Assembly: GCF_018977255.1 (NCBI RefSeq)
Contig: NW_024704765.1
Location: forward strand, 9,300,001-9,364,000
Length of the DNA stretch: 64,000 bases
Direction of reading: 5' to 3'
Origin: Callorhinchus milii
Taxonomy: Eukaryota
The notes below the pieces were generated by a model, which had not been told where the DNA came from, ran no database searches, and saw nothing but the letters and a program-made list of their open reading frames with translations. Positions 23,401-35,408 of the stretch are shown one piece after another (position 1 is the stretch's first letter; each line of letters opens with the position of its first letter). Both the position numbers and the translations under genes were made by a program.

Positions 23401-25164
23401 AGATTTCCGAGTGGCACAAGTGGCCCAGGACGAGGTAACGTGTGGCTGGACAGGACGAGTGTGTAGGGTGGGGTGGGGTGGGGGGATGTTGTCGTGACTG
23501 TGGTGACCGATGGCTGGCCTCTGCTGCAGGAGATTGCTCGCTTTATCCAGCGTCAGGAGCTGAAAGCTCAGAAACAGGCGGAGGAGGCCGGCACCGACTA
23601 CGAGAGGACCTGCCATCGCGACGGAGTCCGGGAGAAACGGGTGAGAGGCCAGGGTGGGGGGGAGGGGAGAGGTGGGGGCTGAGGGAAGGCCGGTGTGGGG
23701 GGAGAGGCTGTGGGAGGGGTGGCTGGGAGAGGCTGTACATAAGAATTGCTAGACAAGAGAAGACCAAAGTCCATCCAGTCCACCTTCCACCATCGTAGCA
23801 GAGTGAAAGCTTGCCGGACAGTGATATCAATGGCAAGCTCTGTGGTTTCAGCTGGTTAGACTCGAGCAGTTACCCCAACGCATGCTCTGGGTTCCCCCCC
23901 AAGCCTTGGTTCTTGCCAACCTGCGCTTAAGACTTTCCAGAATTAGGTAAGCAAGGATGCCACAATCTATCTCTGGGATTTCCGTGTCTAGGTGGGATAC
24001 TCTTAAGCACGGTGATGGGTTTCCGCATGTGTCTGGCCGACCCCCAGATAAAAAAAAATCCTGACAGTCTTATGCATGTGTCGTGACCCAAACTATATAT
24101 TGTACTGGACGTTAGGAGACGAGGAGGGTTTGAACATCGAAGGTTGTGTTTTCCTTTGCAGAGCAGCAGGGCAGGGGGCCGGGGGGAGAGGCTGAGATCC
24201 GTAGGGATGGCGAGTGGTGAGTGGACACGCCCAAGAGAGGACACGTCCATGGAGCACGTGCGGAAAGCCAGGTGGGTCCAGCGGATCTGGAACTCTCCCC
24301 CTCCCCCAAAAGGCTGTGGATTATGGGTTGGATCCATTCAAATTTTCCAGACCGAGGTGCATAGATGTTTGTTAGGTCATGGGTATCAAGGGATTGGGGG
24401 CAACGGTGGATCATTGGACTTGAGGTACAGATCAGCCATGATCTAATAGGATGGTGGAACAGGCTCGAGGGGCTGAATGGCCTCCTCCTGTTCCTAGATG
24501 GTTCCATAGTGAACAGTGCCGATCTGCAGCCATCCTGAACTTTGGAATCTGTTCCCATTTTGCAGGCAGCTTTTCCCCAGGAACATCGCCGAGGCCCTGG
24601 ATCCCACCTTCAAAACCCAAAACACAGACGTCTCCCAGCCTGAGCCACACTCTCCTCTCACACCAGGTAACAGCGCTTGCTCCGAGGGGGTGGGGGGAGA
24701 GGATGGAGGGAGGGGCAGGGGGCTGTTATTCTCTACACTTTAACCCCCAATCCACGACTGTTTGTGGGACACTGCTGTGTGCAATTGGCTGCTGCATTTC
24801 ACCCACAAAATACAGTCAATTCACTTTACGACGCAATAAGGCATGCTATAATCAAACCCAAGAATTATTATTATTATTGTTGTGATATAAGCCCTGGAGA
24901 TTGCTGGCTGGAGCTGTTTTGGGGGTGGGGGTGTTCAGTGTGGTGTCAGTGTGTTGCTCACAGACTTCCCCCCCCCCCCCCCCCCGCCACCTCCCTCCCC
25001 TTCTTACAGAGATGTGCGGGTCCTGCCCGGTGCCCCCCGGTGGTCTCTATGACTACATGGACGACAATTCCGAGCCTGAGTTCATCCCCCCCACCCGCCG
25101 TCCCCAGGAGAAGCTCCCGCGGCAAAAATCCAAGGACAAGAAGGAGAGCTGCAAACAGCAGTGA
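17412..25164 (+). CDS. CCDC50 (Ymer)-like coiled-coil/MIU protein, 380 aa, C-terminal CKQQ; probable paralogue
   Basis: Exons are 17412-17460, 18581-18643, 18942-19068 (GC donor), 19560-19650, 22567-22684, 22931-23085, 23372-23434, 23530-23640, 24162-24271, 24566-24666 and 25010-25164 (1143 nt, open frame). The N-terminus [60 protein letters not shown] matches human CCDC50 [47 protein letters not shown]. It has repeated DxExARxLQ MIU-like motifs. Confidence 0.88.
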
Positions 25165-27900
25165 GCGTGCGGAGGGGGTGTGTGTGTGTGGGTGGGGGGG
25201 TTAGCGGCGGGGGGGGGTGAACGCGGGGGTAAACGGGTTGGTTGTCAGCTTTGCTTGTGTCTCACCCACTCTGTCACTTTTTTGGGGTTCATGTGATGAT
25301 TATCACCCAATGCCTTATCCCGGCCGGCTCCCTCCCCACTAACATTGTTCTCCCCCACATTGTTCCCCCCTCCTCCCCTCTCACAGTACTTAACGTCCTT
25401 CCTTTTCCGTCCACCACAAATTCCTCAACAGCCGGGCCCTGATCGCTCTGGTCTCGCTATGGTGCTGCTCTTGAATTGGCCACACGGGGGCGATAGAGAC
25501 CTGCCATTGCCGCCATGTTTATTCTCTGGAGTGACTGGAGATGGTTGTTACTCCCTGGGTTGGGGGTTGGGGGTTGGGGTGAAGGGGGTTGGGTTGGGAG
25601 GGGGAGGAGGAGGAGGAGCAACACAACACGGTGACCATTCTTCCTTTCACCACTTGTTACATTACCGGTCCCTGATGACCAGAGTAACTTTTTTTTCTTC
25701 TTCAGTTTTTTTTTTAAAAGTTTATATTTTGTCCAAATAGTACAAATACTATCTTTGATAAAACCCAAAGCCCCCAATCTTCAAGACTCCTCCCCTCCCC
25801 CCACCACACACACTCACTCACTCTCGCTCACTCATACACACCACAGTGGAGTTGGGGGGGGAAGAGAATAGGCATATGACAGACGGGACCACGTGGTGCC
25901 AGCCACTGGCGTGTGGAGCACGACCAGCTCTGGTCACTGGGGGCATCAGTCACAGTTCTCCCCCCACCCGACAACAGCCTGTGCCCCCCCTCTCCCCCCC
26001 CCCCCCGCCCCCAACTAAGGTCATCAGTCACAGCAACTCATGACTCATGTCGTACCTCCTTCCTCCCCATTCTGACTAATCTTCCCAGCTGAGTGGGTGG
26101 GAAGTGACCTGTGACTGTGGAGAGGGGGGGTGAGTGGGGTGAAGCCTTTGCTAGTAGTAACCTCCCACAGGCTAGTTACTGAGCTCTCGTTCCCCCTCAC
26201 CCCTCCCCCTCCCTCCTCCCACACTGGCTCTGTGTGTGTGTGTAGTGTATGGGTGGGGGAGGTTTGGGGGAAGAACAGCAGCTTCTTGGGGTGACTGGTC
26301 ACTGACTTCCTAAACAATGAGCTCACAAAGTGCCCGAGATTGTCAGATTTCTCAACGGGATTTCTCAACGGAGAAGTCCCATCTTGTGGGAATGACTTGT
26401 GCCCACCACTGCTCGTGGTTTCTTAATTAAGAAATCTCTTAAGAAATAGCGCATGAACAACCCCAAATAATTTTTGCTACTTAGGTTTCACTGTGCAAAA
26501 GCTGCAACCCTCCCTCCCCACCCCCCCACCACCATCACCCAACATAGTCAAGTTATCTCATGTTGAACGATCTTGAGCTACAATTGACTACGAAATACAG
26601 TCACTACACTTCACAGTGAAATCCTGCCAAGCTCTTTGAGACACTGAGCTGGGAGTGGGGTTCACAGTAATCGGTCTTGTCTCTTGCGCTGTGTGTGGAT
26701 TCGGGTTTAATTGCTGGTACAACTTTATCCCCCAAATAAAACTCACTCACTTGCTTACTCACTCACTCCGTGGCTGTTTGTAGGACACTGCTGTGTGCGA
26801 TTGACTGCTGCGTTTCGCAGGTAAAGTACACAGTCATACCATTTTAGAGGATGTCCTGTGAAGCGCTTTGAGACGACTCAACGACCTGATAGAGTGATAC
26901 ATTGAAATCAAGGATTATTATCACTATTACTTTGGGCTTGTTATGGTTTCCTCCTCCCCTTCCTCCCCCCACAGAATAACACAGCCGCAGGTTTAGAAGA
27001 ATAAATTTTTATTTCATAAAAGGGCTATCTATATATAAACAGACGTCAAATAAAACAGGCAGAACAACTAGTTGTCCATGAGGACGTGTGAATCTAAAAT
27101 AATAATTTAAACCAAGATAACAAAATATACAGAACAAAATAAGACAAATCAGCCTTATATCTGTGTAAAATAACAACTAACGCCTGTGTCCGGTCTGGAG
27201 TGATCAGCAAGTCGACAGGAGCAGGATTGGCAGCTCCAAATGTTTCTAATAACCCCATACAAAGACCCCCCCCACCCTCTCAATTCGCGCTGTGGATACT
27301 GCTGTACGCAATTGGCTGCCGCGTTTCGCCCACAAAATATAAAGTCAATTCACTTTACAGTATGTTCCGTGAAGCACTTTGAGACGTCCGGAGACGTGAT
27401 AAGGTGCTGAATCAAATGCAAGTACTATTATTATATCATTATATTGGAGACAGTCTGGGTTTGCGCTACTATAATGTGGAGGTTTTTTGTTGTAACAATG
27501 GATCGTGACAGTGAGTCACACGCTTCTCAGTGAAAAACATCACTTAAACCTGTTTATTCTACTGTTACACAAACAAGTGAGTGTGGCTCAGTCACTCACA
27601 CTCACACTGACTGGCTGATAGGTGTACGAAAGGTAAAACTCTGCAGAAGCTGGAAATCTGAATTTAAAAACAAGTCGCTGGGAACACCACTGGCTTACAC
27701 ACACAGCAGGTCAGGCAGCATCTATGGAGCGAGTCAAGTGAGTTAATGTTTCAGGTTTCGATGACCTTCCATCAGTTCTGAAACGTTAACTCACTTTCCT
27801 CTCTCCATAGATGCTGCCTAACCTGCTGCGTGTTCCCAGCGACGTCTGGTCTAGGATTGGTTGCACTGTGATAGGATGGTCCAGGATGATCTGGGTTTGG

Positions 27901-30900
27901 TCATACTGTGAGCAAACTGTCCTGAGAAGAGTCTGTGCTATCGTCTCCCAGCTCTTTCACAGGATAGTGACAGCTACAGGCATCATCCTCTGTCTGGGCC
28001 ACAGGGGTATCATCTGTCAATAGGAAACATGGGTTAGGGTTCTAAGTCAACCTTGCGCTGGGGAAACAATAGCACCACCCACACTTGCGCGCACACACTC
28101 GCGTGCACACACTAACTCACACGTACACACACTCACATACACGCATGCACTTACACAGACACACACACACAAACACATGCGCGCACAGACACACGCAAAT
28201 GCACACACACACACATGCTGACTGGTGCCAACTGGTCCTCCCTCACCTTTTTTGGGCATCCTTTTGTGCCGTTTCCTGGTCAAAATCACAGCGAACATGG
28301 TGAACGGGATGAACAGGCACGGCACCAGGAACGCCGCCAGGATTCCTAGAACATTTGCATCCTTTTCCGGATACACTGTACGGAGGAGAGAGAGAGAGGG
28401 TTTGAAGCTGGGAAGGGCTGGATGGAACATGGTCGGTCGGTCGGTCTACTGGTCAGGGCTGTGAGGGGACTGAGATGGAACAGATCCTGTGAATCAACAT
28501 GACCTCAAGAATGGAGTCCCGTAGGGTACTGGTTAGCACGCTCGCCTCGCAAGCGAGAGGACCCGGGTTCGATTCATGGGCAGGGTGAAACGTTGGGCAA
28601 GTTTCCTTACAGGTCTCTGCTTACCCAGCAGTAAGTAGGAACCTGGTTGTTAGTCGATTGATGGATCGTTTTCCAGAGGTAATAATCCCTCCCTCACCCC
28701 CCAATGATCCACTCAATCCACAACTGTTTGCGGACACTGCTGTCAGCAATTGGTTGCCGGGGGGATGGCATTAGAGTAGAGAGCTCCAGTGGTGGGGGGT
28801 GAAGATGTAATGTGAGTAGCAAGATGGAGTGTAAGGTGCAGAGGGGGAGGCTGTACCTTTGAACTGTGGGCTGTGTTGCGGTGTTGTGGAGCTTGTGCTT
28901 GTGCTTGCGGTGTATGTTCTGGCCTGGATGCTCCTGGGAGGAGTTGGACTGCACTCCCTGTCCTGAGTGCTGGAGCCGTTTCTGGTCACAAACATTCCTT
29001 TGGTTGAGCAGCTGGAACCAGAGCAGAAAAAGAGATTAATGCGAGAGCTGGAGAGCTCCCGAGGGGAGGAAGGATCTTTCTGAGCTTGGAGGTTGGTACA
29101 CAGCTACGATTGGGGGGTAGAGAAAGAGAGCAGGGAAGGGGATTGGAGTAGAGAGCTCCAGTGGAGGGAGCGAGCACCAGTACAGACAGGATGCGCTGGT
29201 CTGAATGGCTTTGTTATTGTGACATTAACTTTCCGAATGAGTGCGACAGAGGCCGAGAATATTGCCAGTTACAGTCCTCGCTGTTCATGTTGCTCTTTTA
29301 TGGTAATAATATCACTGCTTCCTCCCCTCTCCCCTCTTCTCCCCCCCCCAACCCCCCCTCCACCGCCAACACACACAGTTTGCACCAAAGCTCATTCACC
29401 TTTTTATAGACATTAAACACGTCATCGGCGACTTCGGAAAATCTAAAGGGACGATTGATTCATCTGAGAGGAGGCGTCTTATCTAATGTGGTTTGAGTGG
29501 TTTGCAGTTTCTCCAATGTGTGTGTGAAAGGCACGGGACCGTTTCATGTTTGCCTCCGCCCGCCTCAGTCTGTACAGTTACAGTAAGCAAGTGAGCCATA
29601 GTCTGAGTGTGTGTCAGAAAGACAGAGAGAGAGAGACACCAACCATCGCTGCTCTCTGTGGGTGGGAGCTAATGGCTCCTGTTGTGGTGGTCGCCGAGAG
29701 GTGGGGGGGAAATTGCCAAGACTGAGCAATGAGGGGGGTTCATGTTGGGGAGAGGGGGAGGGTACACTCAGACAGGGCTGAACATTGGCTCTGACGTGTG
29801 ACCTGTTGTTTCCATCGCGGGTCTGATCCCTGGTGACCTTTTAGTCGGCCACATTTGGTTACTCACACAGTACCCTTTTGGGGCAAAGTGAGCGCTGAAG
29901 GATTTAGATGTCAGCCCGGCCCAGTCTCTCTCGCCTCCAAGTCAAAAGATTGTGGGAGGGGGGAGCACTGTATTGTCGGAGGTGCCATCCTTCAGATGAG
30001 ATGCTAAAGATCCTGCAACACTGTTCAGAAGGAGAAGACCAATTCTCTCTCCCGGTGTCCTGGCCAATAAGCCCTCAGAGAAATATATGTTCTCCGTCTC
30101 TCTGTCTTTATAAAACTAAAGGGCAGAAACAGTCACTGGGGGCAGGGAATCCTCCACCTCAGCTCCTGTTAACCCTGCAAGCCAAAACCCTAACGGGTAG
30201 GGTGGTCCTAGCTGGACAAGCAGCAGGAAAGCTTTGCCAGCCGGTGCTCTCAATGGCAAAGCCGTATGGTTTTAGCCGGTTAGATTCCAGCAGTTCCCCC
30301 ATCGCACACTCTGGGCTCCCCCCAAACCTTGGCTCTCGCCAACTGCGCCTAATACTTTCTGGAATTAGGTAAGCAGGAAGCATCCCTCCAGGGAGAGAGA
30401 GCGCATTCCATTCCAACAATCTCTCTGGGATTTCCATGTGTAGGTGGGATGCCTGGAATTCTCAGCTTAGTTTGGGTACTCTTAAGCACGGTGATGGTTT
30501 TCCGCTTGTGTCAGACCCCCAAGTGACCACGGCAGTGTGCTGAAGGACTGTGTCCATGGTCTTGTTATACCCGATGTGTGAAAATAGCCACTTACTCAGT
30601 CCAAGGTATGCATGGTTCCCCCTCTGTCTTGGAAAAGCTTCCCTCATCACAACCAGTGCACTCGGTATCGGAGTTTGAGGTGCCTGAAAACAGAAGGTGA
30701 TGATGGTCTGGTGAACGTGAGCTCCACTGATGGCACCTCGCCTCGTCTCACGCTGGGCAAACGGACCACGTGAAACCCATGCGGGACTTGGCAAGATGGA
30801 TGGTCAGTGAGTCGGGGACCAAGAGGGCATCAGTTTAACATAGGAAATGTGCAAATAGGAGGCCAGGGAGAGCCAGAAGGTCGTTAAGAGGTAATTGTAC

Positions 30901-31924
30901 TGTTATTAATGCTTCATCTTCCCGAGGGAGCGTCTGCCTGGCCCCTGGTCTGGGAGACAGACTGGGGCATGTGGGATGGAGGTTTGGGTGAGAGATGTTA
31001 CCTTCTTTGACGATCCTTTGACCCGGTAGGCAGGACCGATGGGCCATACACTGATCACAGGCGTCATTGCTGCACATGTAGCCCTGGACACAGCCACACT
31101 TGGTGTTGGAGATGGCCGTACACTGTCGCTCCACTCGGAACTTGCCTGCGATGGACAGAAAAAGAGACTTTGGTTATTCAGAGAGACGAGACAGACGCCC
31201 TGTCTTACCCCCAGCTCCCAAAGCCATCTGTACCATCACACTCGGTGAGTTAGTGTCAAACTCAAAGCATTCAGTCCCACCCGAACTGTGTGTGTGTCAC
31301 ATCCTGTGTACATCAGATACAGCTCCTGTGTTACAGTACATTCTTTGTTCAACTCCTATCATCTGTAAACCCATCACTCCCATCCTCGCCCGGGTCCACT
31401 GGCTCCCCAAGCTCAAAGTCCTCGTGCTCTCTTTCAAAGCCCTCCACGGCCTTGCTCCTCCCAACCTCGGTGACCTGCTAACCCCATACCGGCCTGTCCG
31501 CTCCCTCCTATCAGGCCTGTTCCACGTTCCCCCTCCCTGCCCGCCCCATCACCAGCCTTCAAGCCTCTCTGCCCCCACCCTAGGGAACTCCATCCCAAAG
31601 TCCCTTCGCCTCGCCCCCTCCCTTACCTCCTTCAAGGCACATCTCAAGACCTTCCTCTTCGACCGCTCCTTCGGTCACTCTCCCAACCCCTACCCTCCCC
31701 GCCCTCCTGATCCCAACTCCCCTAGCTCGGGTGCAAATCCCTGCCTGTCTAGCGCCTTGGGACATTCTCCCGACATGAAAGGCGCTGTGTCAGTGTAATT
31801 TGTTGTTGTTGTTGAGACTTACTCCCGAAACATGACTGGCATCGTTGACACCGCCTGAGGTTTTCATCGTTGGAGAAGCTTGTTGCTGGACAGGGTTTGC
31901 ACGTATTTTGAGTCTTATATGTAC
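27901..31924 (-). CDS. TNFRSF9: TNF receptor superfamily member, 4-1BB/TNFRSF9-like (signal-peptide exon not located)
   Basis: Exons are 31924-31823 (CKPCPATSFSNDENLRRCQRCQSC), 31145-31002 (CTAISNTKCGCVQGYMCSNDACDQC), 30683-30596 (CTGCDEGSFSKTEGEPCIPWT), 29011-28857 (DCSTKGMFVTRNGSSTQDRECS plus a S/T stalk), 28375-28247 (TM helix plus RKRHKR) and 28013-27901 (PVAQTEDDACSCHYPVKELG...LLTV*). Phases are consistent. The tail resembles 4-1BB PVQTTQEEDGCSCRFPEEE, and TNFRSF9 neighbours UTS2 in human. Confidence 0.75.
29068..29762 (+). repeat. About 700-bp duplicated segment, copy 1
   Basis: Near-identical to 60072-60833 in the same orientation. Confidence 0.9.
30170..30520. repeat. Unclassified interspersed repeat
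   Basis: The motif ggaattaggtaagcagg...gggatttcc(a/g)tgtgtaggtgggat...cttaagcacggtgatgg recurs at about 23800-24050, 37610-37780, 43990-44110 and 62790-62990. Confidence 0.7.
31355..31812 (+). mobile_element. L2 LINE 3' fragment (ORF2 C-terminus and tail)
   Basis: Translation PITPILARVHWLP..KVLVLSFKALHGLAPPNLGDLLTPYRPVRSL...FKAHLKTFLF is typical of the L2 ORF2 end. It ends in (TGT)n. Confidence 0.85.
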
Positions 31925-34900
31925 CTGTAAATCAAAGAAAGATTATTTACAAGAGGCACATTACGTGTCCATTCAGCTGTGTTCGTGAGCGTGAGCATGT
32001 GACGTGCGTGTGCGCACACGCGCACGTGTGTGAATGAGAATGCGTGTCTGAGTTGTACACGCAGACACGCACGTACACAAGAGTGAAAGATTAATTATTA
32101 TCCGAGATAATAATGACCTCATCTCCTTCCTTCCACCACTGTCTGATCTCACAAGGTCATCAGGGTTTTACTCAGAACTCCAGACGACGACAACAACAAC
32201 AACAACTTGTGTTTACCCAGCACCCCCTCAGGCACGGTAGGGTCCCGGAGCACTTGAGAGTGGCAGAGCAGGACCCTGAGCCTGGGGGTGGGGGGACGCG
32301 GTGACCGTAGCCAAGGTCCAAGAGGAAGGTCGTCAGGCGTGACCTGACGGGGGGGGAAGGAGGGGGCGAGGCGGAGGGTTTAATGACTGACTGACACTTG
32401 AAGGGTTAAACCTCTTTGCCGGGTACATGTTAATTAGATTTCTAAGGAAGACGGTGGGGTCAGTGCTGCCGACATTTGAGTCATTCAGCTTTCCAGCAGC
32501 ACTGAGAAACCCCAGTCCGTGACCCCCTCCCCCCCCCCCCACCCGCGGGGGAAAATTCTAACTCACTGCCAGTCAATGTGGGTTGATTTGGCACCGTCCC
32601 TCAGGGAGATTAACTCTCAGAACAGTCACCGCTCAATTACCTTCTGAAAGCCCCGAGCCCTCCCTGACCTCCTGATTTGCTCATCAGCTCTCACTATGTT
32701 AATCCGATGGCCTCTCCTGTTCCCTGACTCACCGACTGTCGAGCTCTCCACTTCTCCAGGTCCCGCTCGGAACACCTTTTCAGTGCCTTGTTTTAACAGT
32801 ATTTTTTTTACACACCCTCCACACCACTCTTCAGCCAATACAATTTACATCTACATTCAAGCAGCGTCTTTCACTTTGCCAAGAGAGAGGGGGGGGGGGG
32901 TGAGGGAGGGAAATCTAATCGAAAGCCCTGGTCGGTCAGTCGGTCAAAGAGGTGAGTCTTGAATCCAAATAGTTAAGAGGAATCTTGTGAACGTCGATCT
33001 TCGAAGTTCATCGGTTGATTAAATTGTACAATGGCGCAATTTACAGGAATGATACAACTCTCTTATCAAAGCGAAAGTGATAGACACACGTAGAATTATT
33101 TCTGTGCAGAAACTCAAGCTATATATAATGCACTGCACTATATTTAGACTCGAGCAACTGCTTCTTAGTCAGTAACATTTCCCCAAGACTCCACTCCGAC
33201 CCTTGTGAATCTGAGCTGACCATACTGTTGCTGAGCAAACTCAGTGGTTTTGAAGAGAAACTCTAGCAAAGTGCAGCAAGTTTCATTGTAGTTTCTCGTG
33301 GCACAGAACAGCGAGCAAACACACACANNNNNNNNNNNNNNNNNNNNNNNNNNNNNNNNNNNNNNNNNNNNNNNNNNNNNNNNNNNNNNNNNNNNNNNNN
33401 NNNNNNNNNNNNNNNNNNNNNNNNNNNNNNNNNNNNNNNNNNNNNNNNNNNNNNNNACACATATACATAGTGTATTACTCTCACACACACACATATACAT
33501 AGTGCAGCATACACATACAGTGTAGTATTCTCTCACACACACCTACACCCATGCAGTATTCACACAGTGTTACACACAGACACAAACACAGTGTGGTACT
33601 CACACACATACAGGACACACAGTGTACAATACATTACTATTACACTGTACTCACGCACGCACACAAAGTGTAGAGCGCAGAGAGAGCCAAGTTACAGTCG
33701 AGTTAAATGAAAGCATTATTTTACATGAATTCTCTTTGAAGCACTAAGCTGACAACCGTTTTACTCTTACTTGTTTCTGAAACTGGCAAACAAAAAAAAG
33801 CCCTGAAAGTACAGTACAGTGGGTGACAAGGCTTTGCAGAGAAGCGATAATAATTACAATAATGGTACTATTACTAATAATAATCCTTGCATTTGTTATG
33901 GCGCCTTATCCGATGAATTTTTTTTTAAAAAAAGTTGTTGTTACTGTTAACTCTTTACCTCTTGGGCAATTGACAGCCAACGTGACAGCAATGAGGAGAG
34001 AGGAGAGAGCGCAGATCTGTGCAATGAGATGTGTCATCGTAGTAAGCCAAAGGAACTGTGGTTCACTGATTGCTACTGACTGTGCTTTTGGCCGCCGGGG
34101 AATGTATAGAGCACGCCTAGCGGGGGATGTGACGGAGTGTGGGGGAACCCCACTCCCTAGATACACAAGTTTATTTTTGAATTGAGTACTGACTTATAGC
34201 CAGAAATTCCCAGGCAAAGCAAAGCTAACCTTGTGCAACTATTATTCCTGTTTTTCTTTGGGATTCCCAGCAGGAGTGTCCAGTGTCTCTGAGTGCAGCC
34301 AGTGCCTGCAGAATGTTTGTTTTGTTCTCGTTTAATAATTTTCTAAAAGAACCAGTTTTTTTTCTAATTATTTGCCCAAATTGGACTTTCCCTGTAGCCT
34401 TCTGGTAACTGCTGGACTCAGTCCCCAAGAGCTCCCCTTGCATTAGAAATACCCCCTCACTCCCTCTCTCTCTCTCTCTCCTCAGTGTATGTCAGGAGTG
34501 GGTCCATGTGCCAATGACAGTGCATTTATTCACTCACTGATCTTGTTTCCTCTTCTCAGAAACACAGGGCATCAGTTTGGCACAATCCATCACTCTCCTT
34601 CCCTCTCGGCATTGGTTAGAGCACTCGCCTCGCAAGCGAGAGGACCCAGGTTTGATTCTCGGGCGGGGCGAAACCTTAGGCAACTATCCTTACTCCACAC
34701 GCCTCTGTTTACCCAGCAGTAAGTAGGAACCCGGTTGTCAGCCAATTGGCGGATCGCTTTTCAGGGAGTAATAATCCTTTTTTTAAAAAAAAATTGGTTA
34801 CTCAAATCCACGACTGTTTTTGGGACACTGTTGTCTGCCACGTTTCGTCCACGAAATATACACCACTCCACTTTATTGTATAAATCTGTAAAACACTTTG

Positions 34901-35087
34901 AGGCATTTCAATGCCGTATAAAATGCAAGGGTCATCATTATTACTCAAGCTCTTCTCCCTACCCCCTTTCTCATAAGCACAGGGCGCCAGTTTGGTGCAG
35001 TGCGTCACTCTCCCTCACTCTCGGTCAGAAAGTTCAACATTCCAGACAGTGACTCCACCGCAGTACTGCATTGCTTATCCGATATTT

Positions 35088-35408
35088 GTGGAGTCCTGTA
35101 GCTCAGTGGTTAGAGCACTCGCTTTGCAAGTGAGAGACCTGAGTTCAATTCCAGGCAGAGGGCGAAACCTTGGGCAAGTTTCCTTACTCCACACAGAGCC
35201 TAATAATAATCCTCCAAACAACAACAATAATAAATTGGTCATTTTCAATCCACGACTGTTTGTGGGACATTCCTGTGCGCAATTGGCTGCCGCGTTGGCC
35301 CACAAATATACAGTCAATTCACTTTACAGTGTGTTCTGTGAAGCGCTTTGGGACGTCTCGAAGACATGAAAAGCGCTATATCAAATGCAAGGATTATTAT
35401 TATTATTA
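35088..35408 (+). mobile_element. Full-length tRNA/Deu SINE
   Basis: Near-identical to 13644-13978. Confidence 0.9.

Noticed and set aside
29768-29894. Candidate extra minus-strand TNFRSF exon ending in a stop (soluble isoform)
   Set aside because: The acceptor is weak, there is no CRD similarity, and 30596 splices cleanly to 29011.
30596-30683. Apparent frameshift in the TNFRSF CRD exon
   Set aside because: Recounting the G5 run gives in-frame KTEGEPCIPWT, and the 88-nt exon has the correct phases.
31100-31798. 232-aa plus-strand ORF as a host gene
   Set aside because: It is a truncated L2 ORF2 remnant inside an intron.
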